Counted from the first letter of the stretch, positions 29,770 to 40,153 are shown. The stretch: DNA of 64,000 nt from an uncultured Actinomycetes bacterium (GCA_963720765.1 CAVRGS010000007.1:136663-200662), one strand, 5' to 3'. Notes: a model not told the origin generated them from the letters alone. Made by a program: numbers and translations.

Positions 29770-32241
29770 ATGGCAGCAGGTCCGCTCGCAGGGCTCAGAG
29801 TCGTCGACCTCTCGACGACGCTCACCAGCACGACGGCCAGCGGATTCCTCGCCGACTACGGCGCCGACGTCGTCGCGGTGGAACCACCGGGCGGCAGCCC
29901 GCTGCGATCGCAGCCCGCGTTCCCGTTCTGGGGTCGCAACAAGCGCAGCATCGCGCTCGACCTCCACGACACCGACGACGCCGCGGTCGGGCGGGCGCTG
30001 GCGTCACGCGCCGACGTGGTGATCGAGACGTTCCGCCCCGGCGTCGTCGAACGCTTCGGCCTCGGGTACGACGACCTCGCGGCCACCAACCCGGGCCTCG
30101 TGTTCGCGTCGGTCACCGCGTTCGGGCGCACGGGCGAGCTGGCGCAGGTGAAGGGCTACGAGGGCCTGGTGATGGCCCGCCTCGGTGGTCACGACTCACT
30201 GGGCGTGATCATCGACCGGCCCGGGCCCGCGTTCTGCTCGCCCCCGTTCGCGTCGTGGAGCGGCGCGCAGACCGCTCTCCACGGCATCCTGGCCGCGCTG
30301 TTCGAGCGCGAGCGCAGCGGCCTCGGCCAGCGCGTCGACACCACGCTGGTGCAGGCCTTCGTCGCGCAGGATCCGTGGAACGCGATGATCCACCACATCG
30401 CCCGGCAGTACCCGGACGCGTTCACCCAGGCCGGGCTCGCCGACGACGGCGCGTCGGTGCCGAACAACTCGCTGTTCTTCCGGCTGCTCGTGGCGTTGTC
30501 GGCCGACGGCCGCTGGCTGCAGTTCTCCCAGACGACGCCGCGACTCTTCGAGGCCTTCATGCGGGTGCTCGGCCTCGACTGGATGTTCGACGACCCGAAG
30601 TGGAAGACCGTTCCCGACTTCGACGACATCGACCAACGCACCGAGTACTACGAGATGATGCTCGCGGCGGTGCGCGCCAAGACCGCCGCCGAGTGGCAGG
30701 AAGTGTTCGACCGCGAGCCGAACGTCTGGGCGGAGATCTTCCGCCGCGGCAGTGAGCTCCTCGATCATCCGCAGATGGTCCACGACCGCGCGGTGGTCAC
30801 CATCGACGACCCGACCCTCGGTCGCGTGCGTGCCCCGGGTCCGATGGTGAGCCTCGCGGCCACCCCGGGCGAGGTCACCGCGAGCGCGCCCCAGCTCGAC
30901 GAGCACGCGGCGCAGGTGCGCGCCGACGCAAACGAGACCGAGCCGGCGACGACGTCGAGCACGGCCTCCGAGACCGCCACCACGACAGATGGTGCACCCG
31001 CCACGCCGCCACTGGCCGGCGTGACCGTGATCGAGCTCGGCACGTACTTCGCGGCCCCCTACGGGGCGACGCTCCTCACCGACCTCGGTGCCCGCGTGAT
31101 CAAGGTCGAACAGCGCGACGGCGACCCCCTCCGGCACATCGTGCCGTTCCCCGAGGTCGGCGCGGTCAAGGTCCTCCAGGGCAAGGAGTGCATCGCGCTC
31201 GACGTCCACTCCGACGCCGGGCGCGCGATCGTGCACGAGCTCGTGCGCCACGCCGACGCCATCCTGGTGTCGTTCCGCGCCGGCGTCGTGGAGCGCCTCG
31301 GGCTCGACCCGGCCACCCTGCTCGCGCTGAACCCCGATCTCGTGTACCTGACCGCGCCCGGATACGGCAGCGACGGCCCGTGCGGCCACCGCCCGGCGTT
31401 CGCGCCCACGATCGGCGCCGGCTCCGGACTCGCCATGCGCAACCTCGGCGAGTCGGCGCCCTCGGGTCCCGACCTCGACGTCGAGGTGGTCAAGCCCACC
31501 GCGCTGCGGGTGGCGCAAGCCGCGATGTCGGTGGCGAACGCCGACGGCTTCTCGGCCCTCGGCGTGGCCACGGCGCTGCTCCTCGGCCTGGTCGCCCGCG
31601 ACCGCGGCGCGCCGGGCCAGGCGATGCAGACGTCGATGTTGCGGACGTTGTCGCACGTCCTCGTGGAGGACATGGTCGAATACGACGCCCGCCCGGCGCG
31701 ACCGATCGCCGACTCCGGACTCCACGGTCTCTCGGCGCGCTACCGCCTCTACGAGACCAGCGAAGACTGGGTGTTCCTCGCCGCGCCCGCCCCGTCGGAG
31801 TGGGACGCGCTCACCGCAGGTCTGCTGCCCCACGCCGACCTCGCCGCCGACGCGCGCTTCAGCGACGAAGTCGAACGCACGAAGCACGACGACGAGCTCG
31901 CCCAGGTGCTCGCCGCCGCGTTCATGAGCCAGCGCGCGTCGGAGTGGGAGGAGCAGCTGCTCGCGCGCGACGTCGGCTGCGTGCGCGTCCGACACGGCTC
32001 CGCCGACCGGCAGATGTTCGTGGAAGGCAGCATGGGTGACGCGAAGGGCTGGGTCACGGAAGTCCCCCACCCCACCTTCGGCACCGCCCCGCGCCTGATG
32101 CCCCTCGTCGAGTTCTCCCGTTCCGCCACCGTCGTCGGCACCAGCGCGCTGTGCGGCACCCACACCGAAGCCGTGCTCACCGAGCTCGGCTACGACCGCG
32201 ACCGCATCGACGCCCTGCGCACCGCCGGCGTCATCAACTGA
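29770..32241 (+). CDS. Class III (CaiB/BaiF) CoA-transferase with two tandem domains
   Basis: GPLAGLRVVDLS...RNKRSIALDL...FRPGVVERFGLGY, repeated as PLAGVTVIELG...GKECIALDV...FRAGVVERLGLD. Confidence 0.92.
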   Translation: MAAGPLAGLRVVDLSTTLTSTTASGFLADYGADVVAVEPPGGSPLRSQPAFPFWGRNKRSIALDLHDTDDAAVGRALASRADVVIETFRPGVVERFGLGYDDLAATNPGLVFASVTAFGRTGELAQVKGYEGLVMARLGGHDSLGVIIDRPGPAFCSPPFASWSGAQTALHGILAALFERERSGLGQRVDTTLVQAFVAQDPWNAMIHHIARQYPDAFTQAGLADDGASVPNNSLFFRLLVALSADGRWLQFSQTTPRLFEAFMRVLGLDWMFDDPKWKTVPDFDDIDQRTEYYEMMLAAVRAKTAAEWQEVFDREPNVWAEIFRRGSELLDHPQMVHDRAVVTIDDPTLGRVRAPGPMVSLAATPGEVTASAPQLDEHAAQVRADANETEPATTSSTASETATTTDGAPATPPLAGVTVIELGTYFAAPYGATLLTDLGARVIKVEQRDGDPLRHIVPFPEVGAVKVLQGKECIALDVHSDAGRAIVHELVRHADAILVSFRAGVVERLGLDPATLLALNPDLVYLTAPGYGSDGPCGHRPAFAPTIGAGSGLAMRNLGESAPSGPDLDVEVVKPTALRVAQAAMSVANADGFSALGVATALLLGLVARDRGAPGQAMQTSMLRTLSHVLVEDMVEYDARPARPIADSGLHGLSARYRLYETSEDWVFLAAPAPSEWDALTAGLLPHADLAADARFSDEVERTKHDDELAQVLAAAFMSQRASEWEEQLLARDVGCVRVRHGSADRQMFVEGSMGDAKGWVTEVPHPTFGTAPRLMPLVEFSRSATVVGTSALCGTHTEAVLTELGYDRDRIDALRTAGVIN

Positions 32242-32252
32242 GGAGCACCCCG

Positions 32253-33485
32253 ATGTCGTATGCAGAGCCCACCGCATCCTCCGCCGAAGGCGCTCCTGAC
32301 GGCGCCGAGCTGTTCTCGCTCGACCCCGAAGCCAACCGGCACCCTCAGGAGATGTACCGGGCGTTGCGCGACACCGCGCCGGTGCTCAGCCTCGACGGGA
32401 TGGGCCACGTGCTCACCACCAAGGAAGCGGCGATGGAGGCGTTCCGCCTGCCCGAGGTGTTCTCCTCGGCCGCGACCGTCGACGTGTTGGCGATGGGCGC
32501 GGTGCGCCCGCTCATCCCGCTGCAGATCGACCCGCCCGACCACGTGAAGTACCGCAAGATCCTCGACCCGCTCTTCGCGCCGCGGAAGATGGCGGCGCTC
32601 GAGGCCCCGGTTGCGGCATTGGTCAACGATCTCATCGACGGCTTCGTCGAACGGGGCGAGGTCGACTTCGCCCAGGAGTTCTCGGTGCCGATGCCCACGC
32701 AGGTGTTCCTCACCCTGCTCGGCTTGCCGCTCGCCGATCTCGACCTGTTCCTGAAGATGAAGGACGGCATCATCCGCCCCGACCACGTGATCGGCAAGCC
32801 CCGCGACGACGAGGAGACCCTCGCCTACCAGAACGCGATCGGGCAGTCGATCTACGACTACTTCAACCGCGAGCTCGACTTGCGCGAGGCGGAACGTCGT
32901 GACGACCTCCTCAGCGGCTTCCTCGACGCCGAGGTCGACGGTCAGCGTCTCACCCGCGAGGACATCCTCGACATCTGCTTCCTGTTCTTCATCGCCGGCC
33001 TCGACACCGTGAGCGCGTCGCTCGACTGCTTCTTCGGCTACCTCTGCGAGCACCCGGAGCAGCGGGACAAGCTGGTGGCCGACCCCACGCTGGTGCCGTC
33101 GGCGGTGGAGGAGCTCCTCCGCTGGGAGACGCCGGTCGGTGGCATCATGCGCGTCGCCGCCGAGGACACCGAGCTGCTCGGCTGCCCCATCACCAAGGGC
33201 GAGATGGTGAGCATCAGCCTCGGCTCGGTCGACACCGACGAGGCCGCACTCCCCGACGCCTACGACGTGCGCTTCGACCGCGAGGTGAACCCGCACAACG
33301 CGTTCGGTGGCGGCGTGCACCGCTGCCTCGGCTCGCACCTGGCACGGCTCGAGCTCCGTGTGGCCCTGCGCGAGTGGCATCGTCGCATCCCCGAGTACGC
33401 GGTGAAGGACGGCCACGAGCTCGTGTACACGCCGGCCATCCGATCGCTCGAGACCTTCCCGATGGTCTTCCGCGCTGCCGATTGA
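32253..33485 (+). CDS. Cytochrome P450
   Basis: DPPDHVKYR, AGLDTV (I-helix), EELLR (ExxR), FGGGVHRCLG heme ligand. Confidence 0.96.
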   Translation: MSYAEPTASSAEGAPDGAELFSLDPEANRHPQEMYRALRDTAPVLSLDGMGHVLTTKEAAMEAFRLPEVFSSAATVDVLAMGAVRPLIPLQIDPPDHVKYRKILDPLFAPRKMAALEAPVAALVNDLIDGFVERGEVDFAQEFSVPMPTQVFLTLLGLPLADLDLFLKMKDGIIRPDHVIGKPRDDEETLAYQNAIGQSIYDYFNRELDLREAERRDDLLSGFLDAEVDGQRLTREDILDICFLFFIAGLDTVSASLDCFFGYLCEHPEQRDKLVADPTLVPSAVEELLRWETPVGGIMRVAAEDTELLGCPITKGEMVSISLGSVDTDEAALPDAYDVRFDREVNPHNAFGGGVHRCLGSHLARLELRVALREWHRRIPEYAVKDGHELVYTPAIRSLETFPMVFRAAD

Positions 33486-34241
33486 TGGCGCGTCGCCTCT
33501 ACCTCCACGAGACCGTCGACGTCGTCGGCCAGGGTCAGTACGAGTACATGGAGCACCTCTGGAAGGACCCGGTGCTGCGGATGCCCGACATGTTCGGGCT
33601 CCAGGGTTCGTTCTACGTGTGTGCGGCGGGCGGTGGTCGGTGGCCGCGGGTGATCAACATCTGGGACGTCGGGTCGCGCGGGCTGGATGGGTTGGGCGTC
33701 CAACGTCGACCGCATGAACCTGAAGCGGCGCAAGGCGTTCTACGGCGAATGGTGGGACGAGGCGGCCAAGTGGCGCACCGGCGGCTTCGACCGGTTGTGC
33801 GGCGCGGTGCCCGGCTGCCCCACCAGCGAGGAGCTGATGGACGCGGGGGTGCGCGGCACGTTGTTCGTGCACGAGGCGCTGACCGTGCGTCCAGGTGCCC
33901 CGCTCGACTTCCTCGCCGCGGTGGCCGAGACGCGGGTGCCGCTCATGCGTGAGTACGGCCACGAGGTCACCGGCCTCTACGAGGTGCTCTCGAACCAGCA
34001 CGAGGTCGTGATGGTGTGGGCCACCGACATCCCCTCACAGGTGCGGCTGCGCCGGAACCGCGACGCTGCCCGCGGTCTCGACGACGACGGTGAGGCCGAC
34101 GACCGACTCGTCGCTTGGGAGCGCGCCGCGGCCGAATTCGTGACCGGCGGCGACACCCACATCATGACCCCCCTCCCGCGTACCGTGTACGGGCCTCCCG
34201 ACTGGGAGGACGCATCGCTCGAAGACTGGCTGGAGAGCTGA
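33485..34241 (+). CDS. Hypothetical protein, possibly NIPSNAP-like dimeric alpha/beta barrel (frameshift near 33685)
   Basis: MARRLYLHETVDVVGQGQYEYMEH...GRWPRVINIWD / LFVHEALTVRPGAPLDFL...HEVVMVWA; translationally coupled to the P450 (TGATG). Confidence 0.65.
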
Positions 34242-34243
34242 AC

Positions 34244-35041
34244 GTGAAGACCGAGTTCGAGACCCTGCTGTACCGCGAGGAGAACGGCGTCGCGTACGTC
34301 ACGCTGAACCGGCCCGAGGTGCAGAACAGCTTCGACTACGTCATGATCGACGAGCTCGCCGAGGTGTGGCAGGCGCTCCGCGGGAACGACGACGTCCGGT
34401 GCGTGGTGCTGACGGGGGCGGGCGACCGCGCGTTCTGCACCGGGAACGATCGCAGCACCATCCCGTTCGACGTGAAGTGGGATCCGTACACCTACGACGA
34501 TCCCGGCCTCACGATCGGCCCGCGCGTGAACCGCATGTGGAAGCCGGTCATCGCGGCGGTCAACGGCACCGCCGCCGCCGGCGCGTTCTACCTTCTCGGT
34601 CAGGTCGACTTCATCATCGCCGCCGATCACGCCACGTTCGTCGAACCCCATGTCACCTACGCGATGCCGGCGGTGTACGAGCCGATCGAGGCGCTCGCCA
34701 AGATGCCCTTCGGCGAGGCGATGCGCATGGCGCTGCTCGGCACCCACGAGCGCATGTCGGCGCAGCGCGCCCACGAGATCGGGTTCGTCACCGAGGTGGT
34801 GCCGCTCGACGAGCTGATGGCCGCGGCCACGTGGGCGGCCGAAGCCATCGCGGCGCAACCACCCGCCGCGATCCAGTCGACGCTGCGCACGCTGTGGGCC
34901 GCACGCGACATGTTCCCCTCGCAGGCCACGGCGCTCGGCAACACCTTCCTCCACCTCGGCATGGACGCCGACAAGGAGAACCTCAAGGAGGGCGAGGAGG
35001 CGTTCGCCAACCGCCCGAGGAGCAAGCCGCGAGTGCGCTGA
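34244..35041 (+). CDS. Enoyl-CoA hydratase/isomerase
   Basis: VTLNRPEVQN, LTGAGDRAFCTG, KPVIAAVNG, ERMSAQRAHEIG. Confidence 0.92.
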   Translation: MKTEFETLLYREENGVAYVTLNRPEVQNSFDYVMIDELAEVWQALRGNDDVRCVVLTGAGDRAFCTGNDRSTIPFDVKWDPYTYDDPGLTIGPRVNRMWKPVIAAVNGTAAAGAFYLLGQVDFIIAADHATFVEPHVTYAMPAVYEPIEALAKMPFGEAMRMALLGTHERMSAQRAHEIGFVTEVVPLDELMAAATWAAEAIAAQPPAAIQSTLRTLWAARDMFPSQATALGNTFLHLGMDADKENLKEGEEAFANRPRSKPRVR

Positions 35042-35339
35042 ACGTCGCAGACCGGTAGATGTCGAGTGTGTCTCCTGCGGTTCCGCGGGGCCTGTCCACC
35101 GGCGCGCGGAGCGGAAGCTCTGGCGTTGCGATCGTGTCCGCCGATCAGGGCCTCGGCTCCCGCACTCCGGTTACCCACCACCAGAACGTGAGCCGCCGAC
35201 CATAAGAGTGCGAGGTCAGTTGCGTCGCTCTCGCTGCCGTCCATCCGCTCCATCGCTGCCTTGTACGTCGCCCGGAGCGGACGTTGTTCACGAGAACTCA
35301 CCCGGTCAGCATGGCTGATCGGTCAGTTCAGCGCGGGAG

Positions 35340-36299
35340 TCATGGCACCCTCTTCGCCTTGGGCGGCTTCCTGTCGCATGAGGAGCCTGCGCCGAGGCAG
35401 ATCACACGCCATTCCTCCGGTGTCGCTTCGTGGAAGGTCGCGTTCGCGATGTCGAAGGCTCCGGCGTTGGCGGTGACGATCACGAACGTTGCGTTGTCTT
35501 GGTCGAACTGCCGCGCCGTTGCGTTGCGAGGCGTAGTGGAGAAGACCGCGCTGTAGCGGCTCGCCTGATCGCCGCGGATTTCAGTGATGCTCGCGCTCTG
35601 TCCCTGTTGGTTGTGGCAATCCGACGTGGACACGGTCACCGTGCCGGTCATTCCGAGTGACACGAGGCCTTGAGGAAGCGAGGCGGCCCCTGCGTCGAGT
35701 TGCTCGGCCACCGCGCGCATCTCATCCTCGGTGAGCCCCTGCTGCTCGAGCAGCGCCGACCCTCCAGACGAAGCATCCCAGTTGACGCCACCGTACGTGC
35801 CGTAGAACTCGACGTCAGCGTCGCGCCCGTTGACGTGGGAGTTCGCGATCTTGCCGCCCGCGGCGTCCCCATCACCCGTGGGCAGCAATGCCCCCGAGCC
35901 TCTCTCGAAGACGACGAGTGGCCCGGAGACGCCTCGTGCGGGATCTGCGAACACCTCCGCAGGAACCGGATTGAACCAACTCGCGCCACCGACCGCCTCC
36001 CTCGCGCTCGTCGTCGTGCAACCATCGAGCACCGGTCGGGCTGGAGAGACGCTCGGGACGACAGTCGACGGGCTTGTGCCCGTGTTGATGCGTCGACTGG
36101 AACTCCGGTCACGGGCGACGACAAGGAGACCTCCTGCGACGAGGAGCACCACCACGGCAACGGCTCCGCCGAGGAGTCGTCGCGCGGTGCTGCGCCGACG
36201 CGTCCGCGCGGTCACGTCGTCGAGATCGGGCTCAGGAAGTTCGCCGCCGTCGCCCGCCTCATGGAGGGTCGTGACGAGCCGTGCTTCGAGGTCTTTCAT
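35340..36299 (-). CDS. Putative single-pass membrane anti-sigma factor
   Basis: MKDLEARLVTTLHEA...RRRSTARR, then a TM helix and an extracytoplasmic domain; overlaps the sigma stop (ATGA). Confidence 0.65.
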   Translation of the reverse strand: MKDLEARLVTTLHEAGDGGELPEPDLDDVTARTRRRSTARRLLGGAVAVVVLLVAGGLLVVARDRSSSRRINTGTSPSTVVPSVSPARPVLDGCTTTSAREAVGGASWFNPVPAEVFADPARGVSGPLVVFERGSGALLPTGDGDAAGGKIANSHVNGRDADVEFYGTYGGVNWDASSGGSALLEQQGLTEDEMRAVAEQLDAGAASLPQGLVSLGMTGTVTVSTSDCHNQQGQSASITEIRGDQASRYSAVFSTTPRNATARQFDQDNATFVIVTANAGAFDIANATFHEATPEEWRVICLGAGSSCDRKPPKAKRVP

Positions 36300-36787
36300 T
36301 GCAGGGCCTCGCGAAGTTCGCGCAAAGCTCGATGCAAACGTGATTTCACGGTGCCAGGCGCGATGTTCAGCGTTCGTGCGATCTCTGCCTCCGGCAGATC
36401 GAGGTAGTAACGCAACAACACGACATCCCGACGATCGCGGGGCAACCTACGCACCGCGTCGATGATGTGATCCGCGCCGAGGTCCATGCGATCCAAGAAA
36501 CCTGGGCGGTGGAGTAGCGACAGTCGACGCCGTCGGAGGTGTCGACGACACCCGTTGAGGACCGCGGCTCGCAAGTACGCGTCTCTGCTCTGAGCCTCGA
36601 TGCGATCGAACTTCGGGTAGATGCGCGAGAAGGCGTCCTGAACGACCTCGACGGCGTCTTCTCGATCGTCGACGAGCAGCCGCGCCAAACGCACCATCAG
36701 GCCCCACGTCCTCCGGTAGAAGTCCTCGAACGACTCGACCGCGACGACCTCAGGCGACAGGTCGTCGCCACACTCGATTCGTCCCAC
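36296..36787 (-). CDS. ECF sigma-70 factor (actinobacterial SigE-like)
   Basis: FEDFYRR...LARLLVDDREDAVEVVQDAF, AYLRAAVLN, LRYYLDLPEAEIARTLNIAPGTVKSRLHRAL; start codon uncertain. Confidence 0.88.
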   Translation of the reverse strand: MGRIECGDDLSPEVVAVESFEDFYRRTWGLMVRLARLLVDDREDAVEVVQDAFSRIYPKFDRIEAQSRDAYLRAAVLNGCRRHLRRRRLSLLHRPGFLDRMDLGADHIIDAVRRLPRDRRDVVLLRYYLDLPEAEIARTLNIAPGTVKSRLHRALRELREALQ

Positions 36788-36798
36788 TACTTGATGAG

Positions 36799-36823
36799 AG
36801 ACCCGAGCCACCCTGCTGGTTCC
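36799..36823 (-). promoter_or_regulatory. Candidate ECF-type autoregulatory promoter
   Basis: Minus strand GGAAC-N16-GTCT directly upstream of the proposed sigma start. Confidence 0.4.
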
Positions 36824-36921
36824 CGACCGGCGAAGATTCTCCCGGAGCGGTTGCCCGAGATGCCGCACAGATTGCCTCGCCTGGCGAGCCGGTGCGCCAG
36901 ATCTGGCGGGCCGGGTCGCGG

Positions 36922-37125
36922 CTACTGAGGCACGTGGAAGCCCGCGTCCGCTCGCTGATCAATGAGTGACTTCACATCGAAGTACTCGCGCATTTGTGCG
37001 ATCTTGCCGTTTGGGGCGAGCTCGAACGTGGCCATGACCTTCGCATTGACGGCCGAGTCGCCTGCCAGAAACCCGCCATGCCATTCGACCATGACCCGGG
37101 CCAGTGCGCATCCGTTCTGGCGTAC
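36922..37125 (-). pseudogene. C-terminal remnant of a SnoaL/limonene-epoxide-hydrolase-like gene
   Basis: VMVEWHGGF...KVMATFELAPNGKIAQMREYFDVKSL with no plausible N-terminus. Confidence 0.55.
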
Positions 37126-37136
37126 CGGGCGGGCTA

Positions 37137-37343
37137 TCAGGAATCCTCCCCGCGTGGCCTCTTGTAGAAGCCAAAGTCCCGGTCGTTGGCGATGTTGAAG
37201 CCCGCCAAGTACTTCTGCTCGCCGCCGTCGTCTTCGCTGGCCCGGTAGTCCGGCCCGCGCACCGGGCGGTTCCGCCACGCCCACACGATTCCGGAGAGCA
37301 GCAGCAACGCGCCCCCTCCGACCAGTATCCACGTGAGCACCAC
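37137..37343 (-). CDS. Small membrane protein (hypothetical)
   Basis: 68 aa; single N-terminal TM helix (VLTWILVGGGALLLLSGIVWAW) followed by RNR. Confidence 0.45.
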   Translation of the reverse strand: MVLTWILVGGGALLLLSGIVWAWRNRPVRGPDYRASEDDGGEQKYLAGFNIANDRDFGFYKRPRGEDS

Positions 37344-37446
37344 GCCATGAGCCTATGGGCGCGTGATCACCGTGGGCCTGTACGGTCCGTCATTCGCACT
37401 GGTTCCTCGGATGATCTCGCGGATGTTGGTCCGCGCGGTCGCGCGG

Positions 37447-37850
37447 TCATCGGTGAGCAGGTCGACCACCGCGGCCTCGACGACCCCGGCGCGTACAGTC
37501 ACTCCCTGGCGGAGGGCGATAGTGCGCGTCGATGATCACGACTCGGCCGTCGTCGAGCGAAGAGACATCCACGTTTTCGTGGACGTCCAACCCGCGGCCG
37601 AGATCCAGACCGAACTCGAAGAGCGCGACACCGTGACGGCCTTCACCGGAGGTGTACACCGGGCCCGATAGGCGGTGGCTCCGCATGACACCCGAGGCGA
37701 CCTCGAAGTACGCGCGGATGGCTTCGATTCCTTCGATTGCGGGGTTGGAGACCGGATCGCGGAGCACCGCGCCCGGAGCCAGCAGCGCGCACACCGCATC
37801 GAGATCACACTTCGACCACGCAGCGGAATACTGCTCCGTGGAGTTGACCC
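37447..37850 (-). pseudogene. SnoaL/NTF2-like gene, possibly degraded
   Basis: EQYSAAWSKCDLDAVCALLAPGAVLRDPV...EGIEAIRAYF...DDGRVVIIDAHY; start unclear. Confidence 0.55.
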
Positions 37851-37966
37851 GCGTCGGGTGGCACGGCTGGTCGCGAATCCGAGGCTGGATGAGCCACCGA
37901 TGGAGCGACAAGACCTCGCGGGCCCGAGCAACGCCAGAACTGCTCGGCCGCGGCGGATCGAGCAGT

Positions 37967-38460
37967 ATGCGTGGGTGGGCAGACGTGTGGCCTGTGCGCT
38001 GTCTGGGGTGCTCGTGGCGATGGCGGTCGTCGTCTCGTGCTCGTCGACGGACTCGGCGGACAAGGCGACGAGGTCTGGGCAGGTCGAGGCGGCGGTCGAT
38101 GGGCTGACGCGTGGCGCGCGCCTGCCCCAACAGCCTGTTGACGTTGTTGCTTCTGGCGTTCCTGCGCGCAGCGACCTACTCGCGAACAATGTGGTCGGCG
38201 TGAGGCTTCTGCGGCGACTGGAGAACCGAGACTGTGGTCCAGGCGGCACGCTCGATGTGTACGCGGTGACCCGAGACGCAGACGCATTGTGGCGACGAAT
38301 GCTCCGTCGATCCAGTGACGGCGAGCTGACGAAGGCCGAGACAGAGGCCGACGGGCAACGCATTCGATACCTGCGCCAATCGGGCTTCGACTACGACACC
38401 GAGGTGGCGATGAGCGGAAGCTCCCGCGGGACGGTGCTCGCGCTGCGGACTTGCAGTTGA
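37967..38460 (+). CDS. Putative lipoprotein (hypothetical)
   Basis: Basic N-terminus, hydrophobic stretch and VVVSC lipobox-like motif; start codon uncertain. Confidence 0.45.
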
Positions 38461-38697
38461 CTCGACCTCGAAGGCAGCACCCTCTTCGAGAGCCGGGGAC
38501 TGCTGCACTGGCGGCGGGGTCGGGCATCATGTACCTGTGACACGCGCTCGGTTGACGGCCGATTCGCTGGCGTGCGCCGCGCCATGACTGACCGTTCCTG
38601 ACCCCCGCGGCGCGCGCCAGGACGGCCGCTACGCGCTCGGCAGTTCGCGTGAAATGCAGCGCGCCGTTCGCAAGCCAGACGACATGATGGTCTGGGT

Positions 38698-39210
38698 ATG
38701 GCAGTGCAACTCGTCCTCCGCCCCGTCCGCGCCTCGGACGAGCAAGATGTCCTCGCCGCGCAGCGGACACTGCAAGCTGAGGGCTTCAACTTCGCTGTCG
38801 GTCTCTCCGGCATGCGCTGGACCGACTACGTAGCCTTCCTCGACGCGGCACGCTGCGCTGGAGAGCTACCGGCACCTTGGGTGCCCTCAACGTTCCTGCT
38901 CGCCGATGTCGACGGCGCGATCGTGGGCCGCACGTCCATCCGGCACAGCCTGACCGACCGACTCCTGCGCATCGGCGGACACATCGGCTACGCCGTTCTC
39001 CCCCCGTATCGGCGTCGCGGGTACGCAACCGAGATACTCCGCCAGAGCCTCGTCATCGCTCATTCGCTGGATATCAGCCCCGTTCTCGTGACCTGCGAAG
39101 AAGGCAACGAACCTTCAGCCCGGACCATCGAACGCTGCGGCGGCACCCTGGAGAACGTCGTCGACAATCCAGACGGCGGCTCCCCCGAGCGGCGCTACTG
39201 GATCGATTGA
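38698..39210 (+). CDS. GNAT family N-acetyltransferase
   Basis: WVPSTFL...IVGRTSIRHSL...GGHIGYAVLPPYRRRGYATEIL...NEPSARTIERCGG...RRYWI. Confidence 0.9.
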   Translation: MAVQLVLRPVRASDEQDVLAAQRTLQAEGFNFAVGLSGMRWTDYVAFLDAARCAGELPAPWVPSTFLLADVDGAIVGRTSIRHSLTDRLLRIGGHIGYAVLPPYRRRGYATEILRQSLVIAHSLDISPVLVTCEEGNEPSARTIERCGGTLENVVDNPDGGSPERRYWID

Positions 39211-39280
39211 CCTCGAAGAAGACGAGGCGTCGACGATCGCCCGGAACTGCCACCCGGCCCGCGGTCGCTTCGGGCAGTCT

Positions 39281-40081
39281 GTGAGTGTGCAGTCGGTGGA
39301 GGGGTTGACGGGCCAAGTGGCATTGGTGACCGGCGTGAGTCGCCGCGCCGGGATCGGATTTGCTGTGGCGCGGCGTCTCCTCGGCGATGGGGCCTCCGTG
39401 TACTGCCAGTCTTGGTCCCCTCATGACGCAGAACGGAGTTGGGGTGCCGATCCTGCAGGAGTAACCGGCGTCATCGCTGCTCTCGGTGCTCCAGAAGAGC
39501 GCGTCGCGCATGCCGAGCTCGACCTTGGCGACGCGGCGAGTGCCGAGGCACTGATCTCGAGTGTCGTTGACACGTTCGGTGGTGTCGACCTGCTGATCGT
39601 GAATCATGCACGCAGCTCCGCACAGTCACTCTCGTCGATGACGGTGGAGGAGCTCGATCGGTCGTGGGCCGTCAACGCGCGAGCTTCGGTGCTGCTCGTG
39701 CAGGCATTCGCTGCTCAGCACGACGACGATCGACGTGACGGACGAGTTGTGCTCTTCACGTCTGGACAGCATCGAGAACCAATGAGCGGCGAACTCCCGT
39801 ACGCGATGAGCAAGGGAGCGATTCACCAGATGACGCTGTCGCTCGCCGATGCGCTTGCGGACCGTGCCATCACCGTCAACACGTTGAACCCCGGTCCCAC
39901 GGACACCGGCTGGGCATCTCCCGAGGTGGCTGCCAGAGTGACGGCATCGATGCCGCGGCGTCGCTGGACGACGCCCGACGAGATCGCTGCGGTGGTCCGT
40001 TGGCTGGTGAGCGAGGACGCCGCCACCGTCACCGGACAAGTGATCGACGCGGAAAGCGGGTTCAGGCGATCGGCCAGGTAG
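39281..40081 (+). CDS. Short-chain dehydrogenase/reductase
   Basis: ALVTGVSRRAGIG, FTSGQH, YAMSKG (YxxxK), VNTLNPGPTDTGW. Confidence 0.92.
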   Translation: MSVQSVEGLTGQVALVTGVSRRAGIGFAVARRLLGDGASVYCQSWSPHDAERSWGADPAGVTGVIAALGAPEERVAHAELDLGDAASAEALISSVVDTFGGVDLLIVNHARSSAQSLSSMTVEELDRSWAVNARASVLLVQAFAAQHDDDRRDGRVVLFTSGQHREPMSGELPYAMSKGAIHQMTLSLADALADRAITVNTLNPGPTDTGWASPEVAARVTASMPRRRWTTPDEIAAVVRWLVSEDAATVTGQVIDAESGFRRSAR

Positions 40082-40153
40082 CGAAACGAGCAGCCGTCTC
40101 GTGCGCCGGAACCGCCGGTCGGCATTGCTCGCGGCGGCGTTGCAGGGGGCGCG

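Noticed and set aside
35045-35055. GTCGCAGACCG shared with 916-926 as a possible att site
   Set aside because: An 11-bp match is expected by chance in GC-rich DNA, the copies flank core genes, and there is no integrase.
35058-35301. Small minus-strand ORF at the left edge of the atypical patch
   Set aside because: No recognisable motif, and it runs antisense into the crotonase without its own stop; not supportable as a gene.
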